Below are positions 37,849-50,557 of a stretch of 64,000 nucleotides of DNA, in pieces (positions within the stretch are counted from its first letter, which is position 1; each line of letters opens with the position of its first letter). Made by a program: the position numbers and the translations under genes. The DNA is taken from assembly GCA_009103225.1 (NCBI GenBank), contig RHPI01003009.1:601354-665353 (forward strand). Reading direction: 5' to 3'. Origin of the DNA: Chlorokybus atmophyticus (Eukaryota; Plantae; Mesostigma and Chlorokybus algae). The notes below the pieces were generated by a model that was given only the letters and a program-made list of their open reading frames with translations, was not told the DNA's origin and did not search any database.

Positions 37849-39614
37849 GCTCACCTCCATGAACCCGCGAGGCGGGCCCAGGGGCGGGCGGGGCGCCACC
37901 GGCCCAAGCAGGCACGGGCGTCAAGCAGCTTCTGGCATCGCCCGCAGCCCCTCCGCCTGTCCACCTCCACGACAACCACGCCGTCCAGCCCGCCGCCACC
38001 ACCGCCGCTACGGGCGGGACACAGACAGAGCTCTTGGCTATGGCTTTTAGGGTTTGCTTGCCTCCGGTTTGCCGCGGGGCCATCGGAAGTGTCGCGCGCT
38101 GCGGGACACCGCTGGAGTACCGCATCCGGGCATCGCAATGGCAATCTCTGCTATGTTCATTAGGGACCTGCCTGTCATAATTAACAACGTGACAGAGTGA
38201 ACTATGTAACAGCATGTATCAATATGCCAACGTCAAGGTCCAGCATTGTCATGACTCATGAGGAGTGCATTCGCTGATGTCCGCTCAGTGTGCTGCATTT
38301 ATCGTGCAATAGTATCTTGCAAAAGGACAATGTTTTCCTTACATTCGGGGTAAATTGAATGATGTCAAGTATGTCAGGTCACCTGACTCAGGTGGCACGT
38401 CGTTATGCGGCATAACTTGTGCCAGTTCCCCCTGAAACTGTGGTGGAGCGCTGGCCAGTCGTGATGATGTGACAATTTGCAAGACGTTGTTCGCAAATTT
38501 AGCTGAAGCAGATCTGGAGTATACCCAATGGTACTCCAAATGTGGAGTATATCGTACTTCACAATTTCCACGCATTGCGCATTGAATGTTTGCAACAATG
38601 TGAATGTACTGATATTAAAATGTACAGTGTTTAATCCATCAAGCTCATCAATAGTAGCACAAGGCAAGAGGCAGCAAGCGGTTGCATATGCTATAAAGTA
38701 AGCAATACGCAAGCAGTTTGCACTGATGATGTTGTTATTTATTACGCATGAAACGTTTCCAATCAAGCATTGCCATTCGATATGATATGTCAACATGCAA
38801 TCAACATGCATGGCATGTTATTTGAGTGTGAGTGGATATCATTATAAAACAAAACACAATGTTTTGAATGTCATTTTATCACATCTTTCGTGCTCTATAG
38901 TATCACGGCATATGGACTCACTTGATAAGTTAAAAACAAGCATTTCATAAACATCCGACAATGTAACACAGCGCAATTAAATGTTTTCAAATGGTACCTA
39001 CAATGTATAGTCAACTAATTTACTTTCTGATTTCAGATGGAGCTTTATATCGCCTCAACCACGCCAAAGCGGCAGCTGCCCACTGCCCCTACGTGCATTG
39101 CATATAGCTAGGCCCCATTAGCCAGCCCTTTAAGTTAAACTCAACAATCACGCACAACACAACCATACATTCATGGTTGTGTGGTGCGAGATGGACTTCT
39201 TAATGGTAGTTGTTGTAATTTCGTGTGCGTGTGCGTGTGCGAGTGCGTGTGCTCAGTCCGAGCACAAGTAAAACACATATGTGAATGTGTGTTCAACCTG
39301 TTTTACACCCAATAACTAAGCATGCCTCATAGACATAAGTGTGCATAACCTTATGCTTCTTGCTCAAAATGCGCACCACCAGTGCATGCACAAGCAAACT
39401 CTATGCAAAGACATTGCCTGCCGACGTCTGCCTCCAGACATTGTCCAACGTACAGAGGCAGAACGCAGGGCGCACACTACAACCCATAAAATCTCAATAA
39501 GCATGAAACCAACCTGCATGCTTCTTGCCTGCAACTAGAGTGGGGTGCAGCTGCACGGCTGTACTCGCATTGCCTCTTGTTCTTACGGCACTCTCTCCAT
39601 ACAAACACTAGTCG

Positions 39615-40925
39615 CTACGCTTGTTGCTTCTGCTGCCTCAACTCCTCCGGAGTAGCGGCCTTCTTTATTGAGAACGCATGAACGAGCTTTATCTCTTCAG
39701 CAAGCGCCTGGTTGACCAGCTGATGTCTTTGCAAAAGCCTCTTGCCTTCAAACAATGGAGACGCTATGGCCACCTCAAATGCAGACCCGCACCTGTAGTA
39801 ACATGTCTTTGGTACACAATGCAGTGGCTGGTAAACAAGACTTCTGCAGGCACAATCATGTCACAGTGCGCATTGGTGGTTTGGAGGCATACACATAGCA
39901 GACATGATGTGTTATACGGCTGCACACCGGTAGGTTCCTGGCTGCAATGCAGGCATAGTTTGCTGGTGAAGAGGCTGTGAAGAAGTACAAGCGTTCCTTT
40001 TACAGGGTCATCAACATGTGCGTGAGTCCAAGGACATGTTGATGGAGTGATCACCATCACTGCCCAACGCAAGTGTGCTCACCCGCCCGAGATGTCAATC
40101 ACCACCTGCAGAACAAGTTGCAATGTGAGCTGGAATTGATAGACTGTCATGCACGCTGTGCACACACCATCAACAAGGCTGTGTGTAGACAACTCTGTGC
40201 TCATGCGTGCTTCCAGCGTTGCACAACTTGTCACTTATGCACGCGCACACAGCGGATGTTACAAGCGCTCATGTGCTGGCAGGATAAGGATTTGCACCGC
40301 AAATGCACATATGTGAACCTCGGCCAAATGCAAGCCTGAGCTTGTCTTACATACAGTCAGCACAGTACTTGACATTGAAACGAGCGACTGGCGAACGAGT
40401 CTGCAGCTCTCGACTTCCTGCTGGCATTGAACTACGTTCTCCTCAGGGAAGGAAACGCCATAACTATGTTATAGTATGCATTGTGAAGCTCTCCTTGCAA
40501 CCGAGCTTGGCTTCAGCTGCAAGGACAGCTGACCAGCTGATCAGGTAACCAGCTAGCCAGGCTAAGCTACACAACAGCCTAGCTTGCACTGGAAGGGAAA
40601 GTTTACGGCTATGGTACAGCTTCATGCTGTGGCTTTCGTGACTCGCATAGCAAAGCTGATGTGAGCTGAGCCAAGCTATGCCGAGTTAAGCTAAGCTAAG
40701 AGTCCGCTACACTGTGAGCACCTGCACGTTCAGCATACAGCCAAGGCAAGCATGCATATGTGGTTGGTGCGCTTAGCTTAACGAATATACAAATTACACG
40801 GGTGCTAACTGGTGATTGTGGGATGTAGTGTTGAAAGCTTCACGATTGCACTTGTTTACCGCGTCCGTGGCCTGCAGGCGCTCCCGGATAGCTGCCTCCA
40901 GCGCCTCCGCCGTCACCCCACCCAT
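39615..40925 (-). CDS. BOLA2: BolA2-type protein, 3 exons (not in the ORF track)
   Basis: [22 protein letters not shown] (40925-40860)|VVIDISG(G) (40105-40083)|[50 protein letters not shown]...* (39792-39615). Confidence 0.92.
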
Positions 40926-41786
40926 GACGACGACCCCAGCCGTGACCCTGACCACGACTCCCTTGCCTTCTGCCCCGCCGCCTTCTCTTCACCCCAAGCT
41001 GAGCTGCACAAGCAGCCACTCCTTATCGTCGTGGTCGGTATCGTGGTCGTCGTAGTGGTGGTTGTTGTCCAGGCAGCGGCGGCGATAACGGCGTTGTAAG
41101 CAAGTTAAGCTGCAGCCCCTGCACTGCTGGTGCTGTACCAGATTATTGTCGCTGCTGCGGCGGCGGCAACCTGCTTGCGCGAAGGAGAAGCTACCAACAC
41201 CAACAAAACAAGCATACACGGCAAAGGTGCGGGTTGGGCGACAGTTGGCACTCTAACAGTATTGTACTGGATTTTGCCACTCATGCAGCCCATCCATATG
41301 AGTCACGCCACTGACTCACGATCTGTGCCGGTATTGAATGCACGTGAACGCTGGTATGCTTGTTGCCAAACACGCACTGGACATGCATGATGGATGATGA
41401 ATGTGGGTGCTTGCATTGCATCTTGTCTCCAGCAGTTTTGCTGTTTGCATGCATGTTTACATGAAGTCGAGCAAACTATGAGCACCTTCAAGTTGCCTAC
41501 TCGTCTTGGTGAATCACCATACAGCTTTGTATAGAGTTGCTCACAAATTGTGGTCATGGACCAGTGCTGAGCGTCCAGTGCATCACACGTAATCACACAT
41601 AGGCTTGTGCTCGCATGCATGCGGTCAGTCTCTGGTTAAGACGTTGAGATTGAAACCATCACATGCGCCCTACAATGCATGTTGTCTAAGTTGCAGGTGG
41701 CAGGCAAGGGAGTGAACAGTGCAGAGTGAAGCGCCTGCAGTGAAGAGTTTTGTTTCCGGGTTGAGTTTTGGCCCATTTGTCAATCC

Positions 41787-43197
41787 ATGGCGTGGACGGC
41801 GGGGCTTGCGCGCTTGTCCCAAATGCTGCTGCTTCCCGTTGCAGCCTCTGCCGCAGGAGCTTCTGTTGCGATTGCCGAATCACGCAACCCAGTGAAGGTG
41901 CCGTTGTGGTGGTTGATGGCTTTCAGTTACGTGTATTTGACTCACATATGTGTTTGTCAGATTGGAGAGTTTAGCGGCAGCGGGTTTGTGTTCAAAGACA
42001 CCATTGAGGTCACGGCCTTCCCGGACCCAAAGGTACACAAGGCACTATTTGCTAACTGCTTGCTGAGACATATGTGAAAAGCTTTGTGCGGCTTAGTATG
42101 TGTCGCGCACATGCGCACGCACGCACGCACACAAACATGTGCACACGTACAGGTGGAGGGTGTGGCCATACATGTGTCGACGATGAAGCGTGCTTGGACA
42201 GAGCGGCTAAGTAAGGACTTTTTTGGCGACCCCTCGCAGGTAGAGTGGAGGGAAGTGAGGACAAGAAGTATGCCGTGTCGGCGCATTGTGTCAACTGACA
42301 TCAATGCACTCCTACGTGTTTCATTAGACTTCAGTTTCCTGCACGCAAAGCGGCCCGATTCGCATACTTGAGCCCATTGCTTTGGGAGTGGAGGTAAGCT
42401 ACAAATGTCAATCTCATCTGCATTGCTCATCGCATAATGGTTGTGCTCTGTTGAGAATGACTGTGCCAGTAAGCGCTTGTGGTTGATACAACACACACAA
42501 AGCTTTGGCTGCAAAGCAGCTTGCTGTTGACTGAGGCCTCACTGGAACTTCAGCAACGACTACTGTGTTCTTTTGAGTTGTATGGTTGTGGCTCTCATGC
42601 CGTCTGCGAGATATGGGTAACAACATTCGAGATCTGGTGTTGTATGTACAGGGTGAGGAGGTATTCACTGCAAAGCGCAATCTTCTGTTCAAGGTGATGC
42701 ATGTAAGAAGGTACGCATCGTGCTGCTGTGCTTTTGTAGGCCCTTTCTCTGTTTTCGTGGAGTTGTAAAGTTGCTAGCCCGAGGCGTGTGTGCAGCTCAT
42801 TGTCTCCATTCGCACACAGTGTGGGTTGCCAGCTGGCAGCTGTTGGTGTTGCCTTGCTGTGAGGTTTTTTGTTGTCTGACAGCAAGCGAAAACCGCAGGA
42901 TATACGATGAGGCAAATCACGCATTGGTGTACGTTGCATACAGCACCCGGCTATCCCAGGACATGAGCGAGCAGAACAGCAGGTATTGCACATTGTGATC
43001 ACACAATCAACCAAGGCGTGTGCTGCGTTGTTGTTGCGTTGGCAGCAGCAGTGTGAGGCTTCCAACACCACCACATCAACTGTGTCATTGTGCGAGTAAT
43101 AGCCCTCATGCCGATCATCTTTTGCAGGTACCGCACGTCAATCAGCACGATTAGCCTGTATGGTCAGAATGTGGATGTGAAGCGTGGGTCGAAGTAA
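41787..43197 (+). CDS. creA: CreA-family protein (bacterial type), 7 exons, with hydrophobic N-terminal leader
   Basis: IGEFSGSGFVFKDTIEVTAFPDPK|VEGVAIHVS...FFGDPSQ|TSVSCTQSGPIRI...|GEEVFTAKRNLLFKVMHVRR|IYDEANHALVYVAYSTRL...|YRTSISTISL is colinear with the recalled CreA pattern (AFxDPxVxGV, DPSxxSIxCxQxGPI, GEEVF, LxFK, YD..LVYxxYS). Confidence 0.8.
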
Positions 43198-43920
43198 TGG
43201 GTGTCATCTTCTACGCACCTCATTACTGCACATGGAGTAAGTGTCCACACGGTACCCACCGAGCAGTATGACGCTCTGCTCAACGGAAGTATGAATGACT
43301 GATTGTAATGCAACCTTTACCAGTTCCTTGACAGAGCTTGGTACCAGGCCATATTACCACCACCTTGCGACAAACCAACAGTAACATCAGGGTGGACGCG
43401 CTGGTTGTAAAGTGTCTTCGCTGCACTTTGTGCAGCACAGCGTAGGTGTCAATGCGCAGCATATAAAGCACACAATCGGCCTTCGAGCACAGCATGGAGT
43501 GGGCATGGAGTCATAGCCTTGCAACCAAGTCAATGTCTTTGTGGCTGATGTGGGGCTACTCTGTGGAAATCTCTCATACGCTAACAGCGACATCGTCACA
43601 CCAAGCTACGTACTGTCAACCCTGCCTATCACTGCACAAGCATACTCACACGCATGCCAGCGGCATGCAAGCACGCCTACACAACTACACTGCCGCAGCT
43701 GCCAGCACAGCGTCTGCTTCCGCCGTTGGCGCCGCCGTGGAAATGCATGTTACGCCAGATGCAGCATCTGTTATTGGCATTGTGTGCAAAGTAGTGTTTT
43801 GGACCTGTACGTCACCACCAGGATAAATACACGCCAAACCTTGTGATGCTTGTGCCAACAAGCAAGGTCAGCATGGACATTGACCACACGAGAGACGTGT
43901 ACAGTGACAATACATGAATT

Positions 43921-46900
43921 TCACAAGTATATACTATGCACGTCTTGCTGGCCGAAAGGTACCCCACAACCAGGGCATTTCCGATGTCGCAGCTCAAGGT
44001 TTCTTTGTATGCATGGAGAGCAGAATACATGAAAGCACTTCGTCAGCACCACCTGCAAGACACGTGAAACCTCAGCTGTAAAGTGTTACCAACATTCGCG
44101 CAGAAGGTTCTTATGTACAAGGCATTGGAGCCACTACAAATACCTCTTTCGGCCGATCCAGACACACAGAGCACTTCAGCAGCTTTTTGTAAGCATTCAC
44201 CTCTTCCTGCAGCTCCTGGGTGACTGGAACGCGCAAACGGGATGTAGCACTGATAGCAACTCCATGCATGCACTGAATAGACTACCCTTTCTGTACAGAA
44301 ACAGGTAAGCTCACCTGTACCGTTGGATGTAGCGCCAGACTGAGATACTCGTTCCACCTTGGCAGCAAAGGCATCTCGTTCGTCTTCCGCCCGTTTCCTC
44401 TTCAGCCTGTCGCAACCAAGTGAGCGGCGCACCAGCTTAACAAAACAGTTTAAGCAGCCAAGAACTGTTGAAGACAACGCACCGTTCACGGTCAAGCTCT
44501 GTGGCATCTTCTTGAGCCCTCTTTGCCTTCTCTGCAGCGCGCTTTCTCTCATCTTCGAGGCTGAACTTCGCTTCTGTTGCAGCCACGGCATTGTCTTGAA
44601 CCGCTTTTTTGAGAGACTCAGCAATGGCAGCTTGTCGGCGAGCTTCATCAGTTGTCTGCCAAAGAAAGCTCAGCAAAACTGGTACATGATGATGCTATGC
44701 TACACATATATCAATATGGACATGGGATAGCCAGACTCAAATACTGGCAGGTAAATCACGTGGATGGTGCTACAAAGCAAAGCAAAATTAAGATTTGGTT
44801 ATATATATACTGATGCCAAGTTGCACGAATGAATGAGGTAACCGACCTTTGCAAGGGCTTCCAATGTTGACTGCAACTGCTCTTCCAGACGCACGCAGCG
44901 TTGCTTCAGAACCTCAACAGTGGACTCTGCGTGCTGAAGGCGGCGAACAACCTCTTCCTGCCCCTCTGCCATTGCTGTTTGAACCTACAAGGAACGCAAC
45001 GTTACACTAACTTTGCGTGTAATGGCCCCTAACCAACATACACGCAACTGACCTGTCGTGCTTTGATCCGTTCTGCCATGAGTTGAGTATTGTAATCATC
45101 TCGCTCAGTCAGCTGCTGTAGAAGTCTGGCGTTCTGACTCTGCATGTCCTCATAAGCGTTGCCAATCACTTCAATTTCAGACACATACGCATCTGCTTCC
45201 TCTGTTTTCGCCTGTAAGCTCTGCCGCACATCATCAACAGCCCATTGCGCGTGTTGCAACTCGATTTTGAGCTGTGCCACCTGCACGCAGCAGACTCATC
45301 AAGCTTGCACCCTCCATTGTGTATGTACCCACCCCAGACTGGTCTGCGCACCTCGCGTGCATATCGCTGCACTGCTGCCTCACTTTCCTTCTGCGCCTGG
45401 TGGGCCTCTTCTGTCTCCTTGCTGACATGTCCATTGGCCAGCTGGGATTTTAGCTCGTCCCGCTCATCAGCAAGCTTGCGCATCGCCACGCGTGCCTCTA
45501 TTTCCTCCCTGTACGCAACAACAATTTTGACTACTCATGTATGCATTGTTACACACTGATAAGCAAGCTGCCAACTCAGCGCACACATGCGCACACACCC
45601 ACGCGCATGCAGTAGAGGTTGTGGAACCTTTTGACCCCTTACCGAGACTCACTTGACGCCATTTGAAATGCCTCAACAAAAAGCCGCAGCTCTTTCTGAG
45701 TCCTTCGCAAGTTCAGAACCTCCTTTTGAACTGCTGCAAGCTCTGCTGCTTTTTGCTCGTAACTGCTTGTGAGTGCTGTCGTCTCCTCGACCAACAAATC
45801 ATGTGCATGGGAAGCACGCCGGGCGTGTTCTCGTGCAGGATCCAGCATGGCAGCAAGCTGCTTTGCTCGGGACAACTCCCTTTGCAGCATTCCCACCTGA
45901 ACAGCACAACAGTGAGCACAGCAAAACAAACATTCCAATCGCAGTGCATACCAAGAATGTGATAGCCATATCATGCGGCAGATTGGAGCACAGCATGACA
46001 CACCTCGCGCTGTAGTGTGCCAACCATTGCCTTCAGCTCCCTGACAGTATCTGCCTTTGTTTCTGCGGCATGCTCAAGTGCTGCATGTTCCAACCGGAGT
46101 GCTAGCTCGTCTCGTTCTGACAATGCGGCCCCTAATCTGCGCTCTGCGTCGGCCAGTCGTTCCTCACACAAGGTAAGCGCTCTCCTACAACAAGGACCGC
46201 ATTGAGCAGACAGCACAAAATGGCGTCATACTGTGAGGCAAGAGTTGTGTTCACAATGTAACAACAGTGACTGAGAATATTCTACACAAGTGCATGAGCC
46301 AACTAACTTATCGCATCATCACTTCAGGTGCAGAACTTCTGGCAATACTACTATCGCCGGCTTAGAAGCAACTGCAATGCTTTTGTGCAAAACATCCACA
46401 TGAGCAGCGCCCGTACCTGAAACTTTCAGCATGCTCTGCGCGCAACACTGCATCCTTCTGTGCCAGTTGCGCGGCGTCACGTTCTCGTGTGCAAGTTTCA
46501 ACTGTTGCGCGCAAACCATCCAGCTCAGTCATAACCTGCTGTAGCTGCCGCTGCACTGCCTGCAAAGATAACAGTAACCACCTGCCTTTGGGGCTGTTGA
46601 TGGTGTTTCAATTACGGCATCTAGTAACCTACCAGGTGCGCGCGACTCTCTAAGTCCACTGCTTCTTGAAGCTGGCGGCACTGCGCTGCCGACTTCATGA
46701 CCTCCTCACAAGCTTCATCGCGCTCAACCAGTCGCCTTGCCGCCAGGTTCTGGGCCTCTGCCAACTGCTGCTCCAACTCCTATTCCATGAGCAAGATTAA
46801 TAGCAATCGCCACACGGCGTACCCGTTTGCATCTATTTAAACCAGCAATGTGCTCAGCACGAAACCGACCAGTTGGTAAACACACCTTAAACCGGACATG

Positions 46901-48303
46901 GTCTACAGACAGCTGTTCATCATTGCCCTTCGCTGCATTGCTGCCTGCTGCGACACTGTCAGCAGCAGGTGCTCTTGGGGAGTTGTTTGCGCCACCGAGA
47001 AGAGGCACTGGGACTGCCATCAGCTGATGACCTTGCTTGTACATCTCAATCTTGCGCCTTGCTGCCTGCGTCACATACATGCATAAGGCAGAAATAGCTT
47101 GAAATTCAAGAAGCGCTAGTATATGCTGTGCACGACTTTGCTCTCGGTTCTTACATGGCAGCATGTTCCGACAAACCACACTGGCCACTCTACCCACCCA
47201 CCCCCCACACACACACTGACACCCCACCACCACCACACACACTCCAACAAAAGGGGGCACGCACGCCTCCGATCTCCCTGAACTGCTGGTGCACTGTGTG
47301 CATGAACACACCAACGGCTGCTTCGCCTGTGTGGCAGGGCTTCACTATGCACGACCACACCATACCTGCAACTCCATGCTTTTGGTGTCCAGCTCCCCAA
47401 GAAGGTTATCAATGCGAGCCTCATCTTTTGCATGCTGATCCCGAAGACGAGTGCACTCTGCAATGGCTGCCGCTTCTCGTGCTTGAGCGTGATCCGCCAC
47501 TGACTTCGCTGACAGTGCATCCCGCTGGAGTCGGTCGAGCACCTCAGAGGCCACGGCCCCTGGTTCATGCCGCAGGCGTTCCAGCAAGGCGTCACCTCGT
47601 CTTCTTTCTTCCTACTTAACAGCACCAGATGTTCAACTGAGGAATGGAATCCACTTCCCAAGAATTACTGCTAACGACATAAGCACCCAGTGATTGGAGC
47701 TGAAGAACAGATCAACTTGGATCACACTACCTGCAAACACAGCCAATGCATGCAGTCAACCTGCATTGCTGTGAATGCTGATGCTTACAAGTGCACCGCA
47801 AGCTGACATGTACGCGGTACGTTGGTTGGCATGCCAGCGCAAGCACATTGCCATATACAGAGGCTAGTGGCTAAGCATCAAACCTGAATGGCGGTGACCA
47901 GCTGTGCAAGAATGCGTTGGGTGGTTCCTCGCCTCGCCCGCAAGGCCTCCTCCAGCATGTCGTCGGCGACATCATCGGAAAGAGGCTGCAGAACGAGGTG
48001 GCGCACGAAGAGCTCTGCAGCGCTGGTGCCCCGAGGGCGCTCGGCGGCGGAGGGCTCGGAAGCGGCGGAGGAGGAAGGGTCAGCGGCGGGGTGGGCGGGG
48101 TCCAGCGTCAGCAGCAGCGAGTGCAAGTCGGCGTCCAGCCCCTGCCACGCACGCTTGAGCACCCCGGCGGTGTTGTCATGCCGCTGAAGGCGCTGCTGCA
48201 GCTTGGCCAGCTGCTGCTCGAGGCCCCTGATCTCCGCCCGCTGCGCCTCCAGCGTCTCGGACAGCTTGGCATTCTGGTAGGCCAGCACCGCTCCATCCTG
48301 CAT
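43921..48303 (-). CDS. HUB1: E3 ubiquitin ligase BRE1/HUB1 (H2B monoubiquitination), many exons
   Basis: N-terminus DGAVLAYQNAKLSETLEAQR; coiled coils; YVSEIEVIGNAYEDMQSQNARLLQQLTERDDYN; C-terminal RING KLLKCSVCLDRPKE|VVLTKCFHVFCSPCIQRNLELRHRKCPGCGVPFG*. Start codon is less certain. Confidence 0.93.
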
Positions 48304-48612
48304 TGCATACGCCTCCGGCCACCAGGCCGGGGCGGCGGCCGAGGCGACACGGAGAGAGCTGCTTGCTCGACACCAGCAGCACAAGCAAAGGGGGCAAGTC
48401 TACACTTCACGTTTGCCGCATGCACACACTAACCAAGCACCCTCAGAACCCCCAATGCAGCAGAAGACATAGCGAGATGCTGGCAAGACCAAACGTGAAA
48501 AAGGCCAACCGTCTGCAAGCCACCCTCCTGACCCACGCCAACTACGATGCCGTCAACCTCGCCGCCGAAGCTTTTGCCGCCAATGCCGCCCATACCCAAG
48601 CGCAAGCGCCTT

Positions 48613-48620
48613 AAACCCTA
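48613..48620 (+). promoter_or_regulatory. Telo-box AAACCCTA in the HUB1/uL4m divergent promoter
   Basis: 190 bp upstream of the ribosomal-protein ATG; telo-boxes are known from plant ribosomal-protein promoters. Confidence 0.4.
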
Positions 48621-48803
48621 GAGCACTGCTTGTGCGGGGCGCACAAGCACTGTTGCAAGTCAAGACGCTGGTTGGGTACAGGAATGACCAACCAGAAGAA
48701 GGCGATGGCTTTTAACAAAGGCTTTTGTTAAGCCCGGGTTTGGCCTTAATCTTCCCTGAACTGCGTCACTTCCAGGTACGTGTCTGCATAAGGGTTTGGA
48801 AGC

Positions 48804-50557
48804 ATGCGGCGGGCGGCTGTGGCGGCGGCGACCGCCGCGAGGACGTCGGCGCAGAGAGGTGGTGGATCAGCAACTGGCTGTGCAAGCGCATGGAGCAATA
48901 GCTGTCTTGGAGCTGCTGCTGCACCTTCCACTTCAGGTGGCTTGAGAGCTGTGCTGACTGGTGGGGGCTGGGCGGTGGAATCGCCGGCATGGCTGCGGGG
49001 TGGGGCAAGGAGCAGCTCCTCCGCGGCAGCAGCTGCTGTCGCTGACTCCGAACTTCAGAGCAGCAGCTTGCAATTGGGCAACAGGGGCGGAGCCAGCAGT
49101 AGCAGTGGTAGGGGAGTCAGCAAGTATGACGCGCATGTTGGGGTAGACAGTGTGGTGGAAGTCAGGCAGCTTGGCGGGGGAGACGTTGTCGGCAAGGTGG
49201 TTTTGCCCGCGGACGTTTTTGGCGTGCCGCTCAGGCGAGACATTGTGCATAGGACGGTCGTATGGCAGCTTGCTAACCGAAGACAGGGATCAGCATCATC
49301 AAAGTCAAGACACCAGGTATGTCCTGCTCTGCGAGTTGAGTAACGCACAATGCGTTGGACTTCCAGGGCGTTCTAGTAGTACTCGTTAGCTTTGAAACCG
49401 CAATGTAGCGATCGTGATGTCGTTGATTAGTTTAAAACCCATCATCCTCGGCAACCATGCTTGCAATGTTGGTGTGCAGGGCATTGCACACGGTGTTATG
49501 GTGTACTAGCTTGTTATTGATCAGATAGTCTAACCCTTGCATGCATGCAGGTCAGCGGGAGTGGCAAAAAGTTGGGCCCGCAGAAAGGGTCAGGTCGCGC
49601 TCGGCACGGCAGTAACCGTGCTCCACAGTTTCGCGGTGGTGCTGCTGTTCATGGACCCCGGCCCAGAAGCTTTGCTTGCGACCTGCCCAAGAAGGTGCAT
49701 TGAAGTGCCGTACCGAGAAGTCTGTGTCGCCAGCACCATGTTGGCGGTTGGTATATACAAGTCATTGCTTACAAACAGTGTTGCAGGTGCGCCGACTAGC
49801 CTTAAAGGTTGCTTTGAGCGCGCGGCTTGCAGAAGGAAGGTTACAGGTGCGTACCCAAGCAACCGTAGTTAAAGGAGCAGTGTGTTGTATTTGGCTCTTT
49901 ACTGCAACATCTGTTGCAGCACAGCCCTGAAGTTGGGTGTTGACTTAATAGCATTCAACCAAACTGTCTGTGCGCAAATTAAGCAGTGGATGTGTTTATG
50001 TTCCTCAGTGCATTGCTTGTATTGGGATGGCACTCCATTGAACATTTTAACTTTTGACTGTGCAGGTCTGGGACACCCTGGAGCCGCCCAGCATAAAGAC
50101 CAGTGACTTTGCACCACTGGTTGAGGGCTTCAAGTCTGCATTACTAGTAGATGCGCCAAACCAAGTGAATGAACCACTGCGCCGCGCATCTGCAAACCTC
50201 CATCGCATTGACGTTTTACCTGTCTGTGTAAGTGATTTGAAGCTCTCCTGCATGCTGTAGTCAGTACTCACAGAATACTCTACTTACCATGTCATGCTTC
50301 TACCAGCATACAGCATATGCATACTGCAGTCCTGGTAGTGTGGGTTCACATGTGTTAATTGCAGAGGTCCCTCAGCAGCAATTGCAGTCATTATGCAGCA
50401 CTGTCTTGGTCGCACTGCATGCAATATTCATGAGCATCATCTTGCGACCATGCAGGGCCTGAACGTGTACAGCATTCTGCGGACGGAGCAGCTGGTGTTG
50501 TCCCAAGCTGCTGTTGACGGCATTGTGGCACGGCTTCGCGCCCCAATCAACCGCTGA
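48804..50557 (+). CDS. MRPL4: Mitochondrial ribosomal protein uL4m, 5 exons
   Basis: [25 protein letters not shown]...KSRHQ|[40 protein letters not shown]|[12 protein letters not shown]..|..NLHRIDVLP|GLNVYSIL*. Long Ala/Ser/Arg-rich presequence. Confidence 0.92.

Noticed and set aside
38200-39600. Possible gene in the 1.4-kb AT-richer gap upstream of the orphan ORF
   Set aside because: The ORFs at 38339-38811 have no recognisable motif or consistent splice pattern.
41960-43197. Hot-dog thioesterase call for the gene at 41787 (RAWTERL resembles ERARTEW)
   Set aside because: After splicing all exons, the colinear motifs fit CreA much better.
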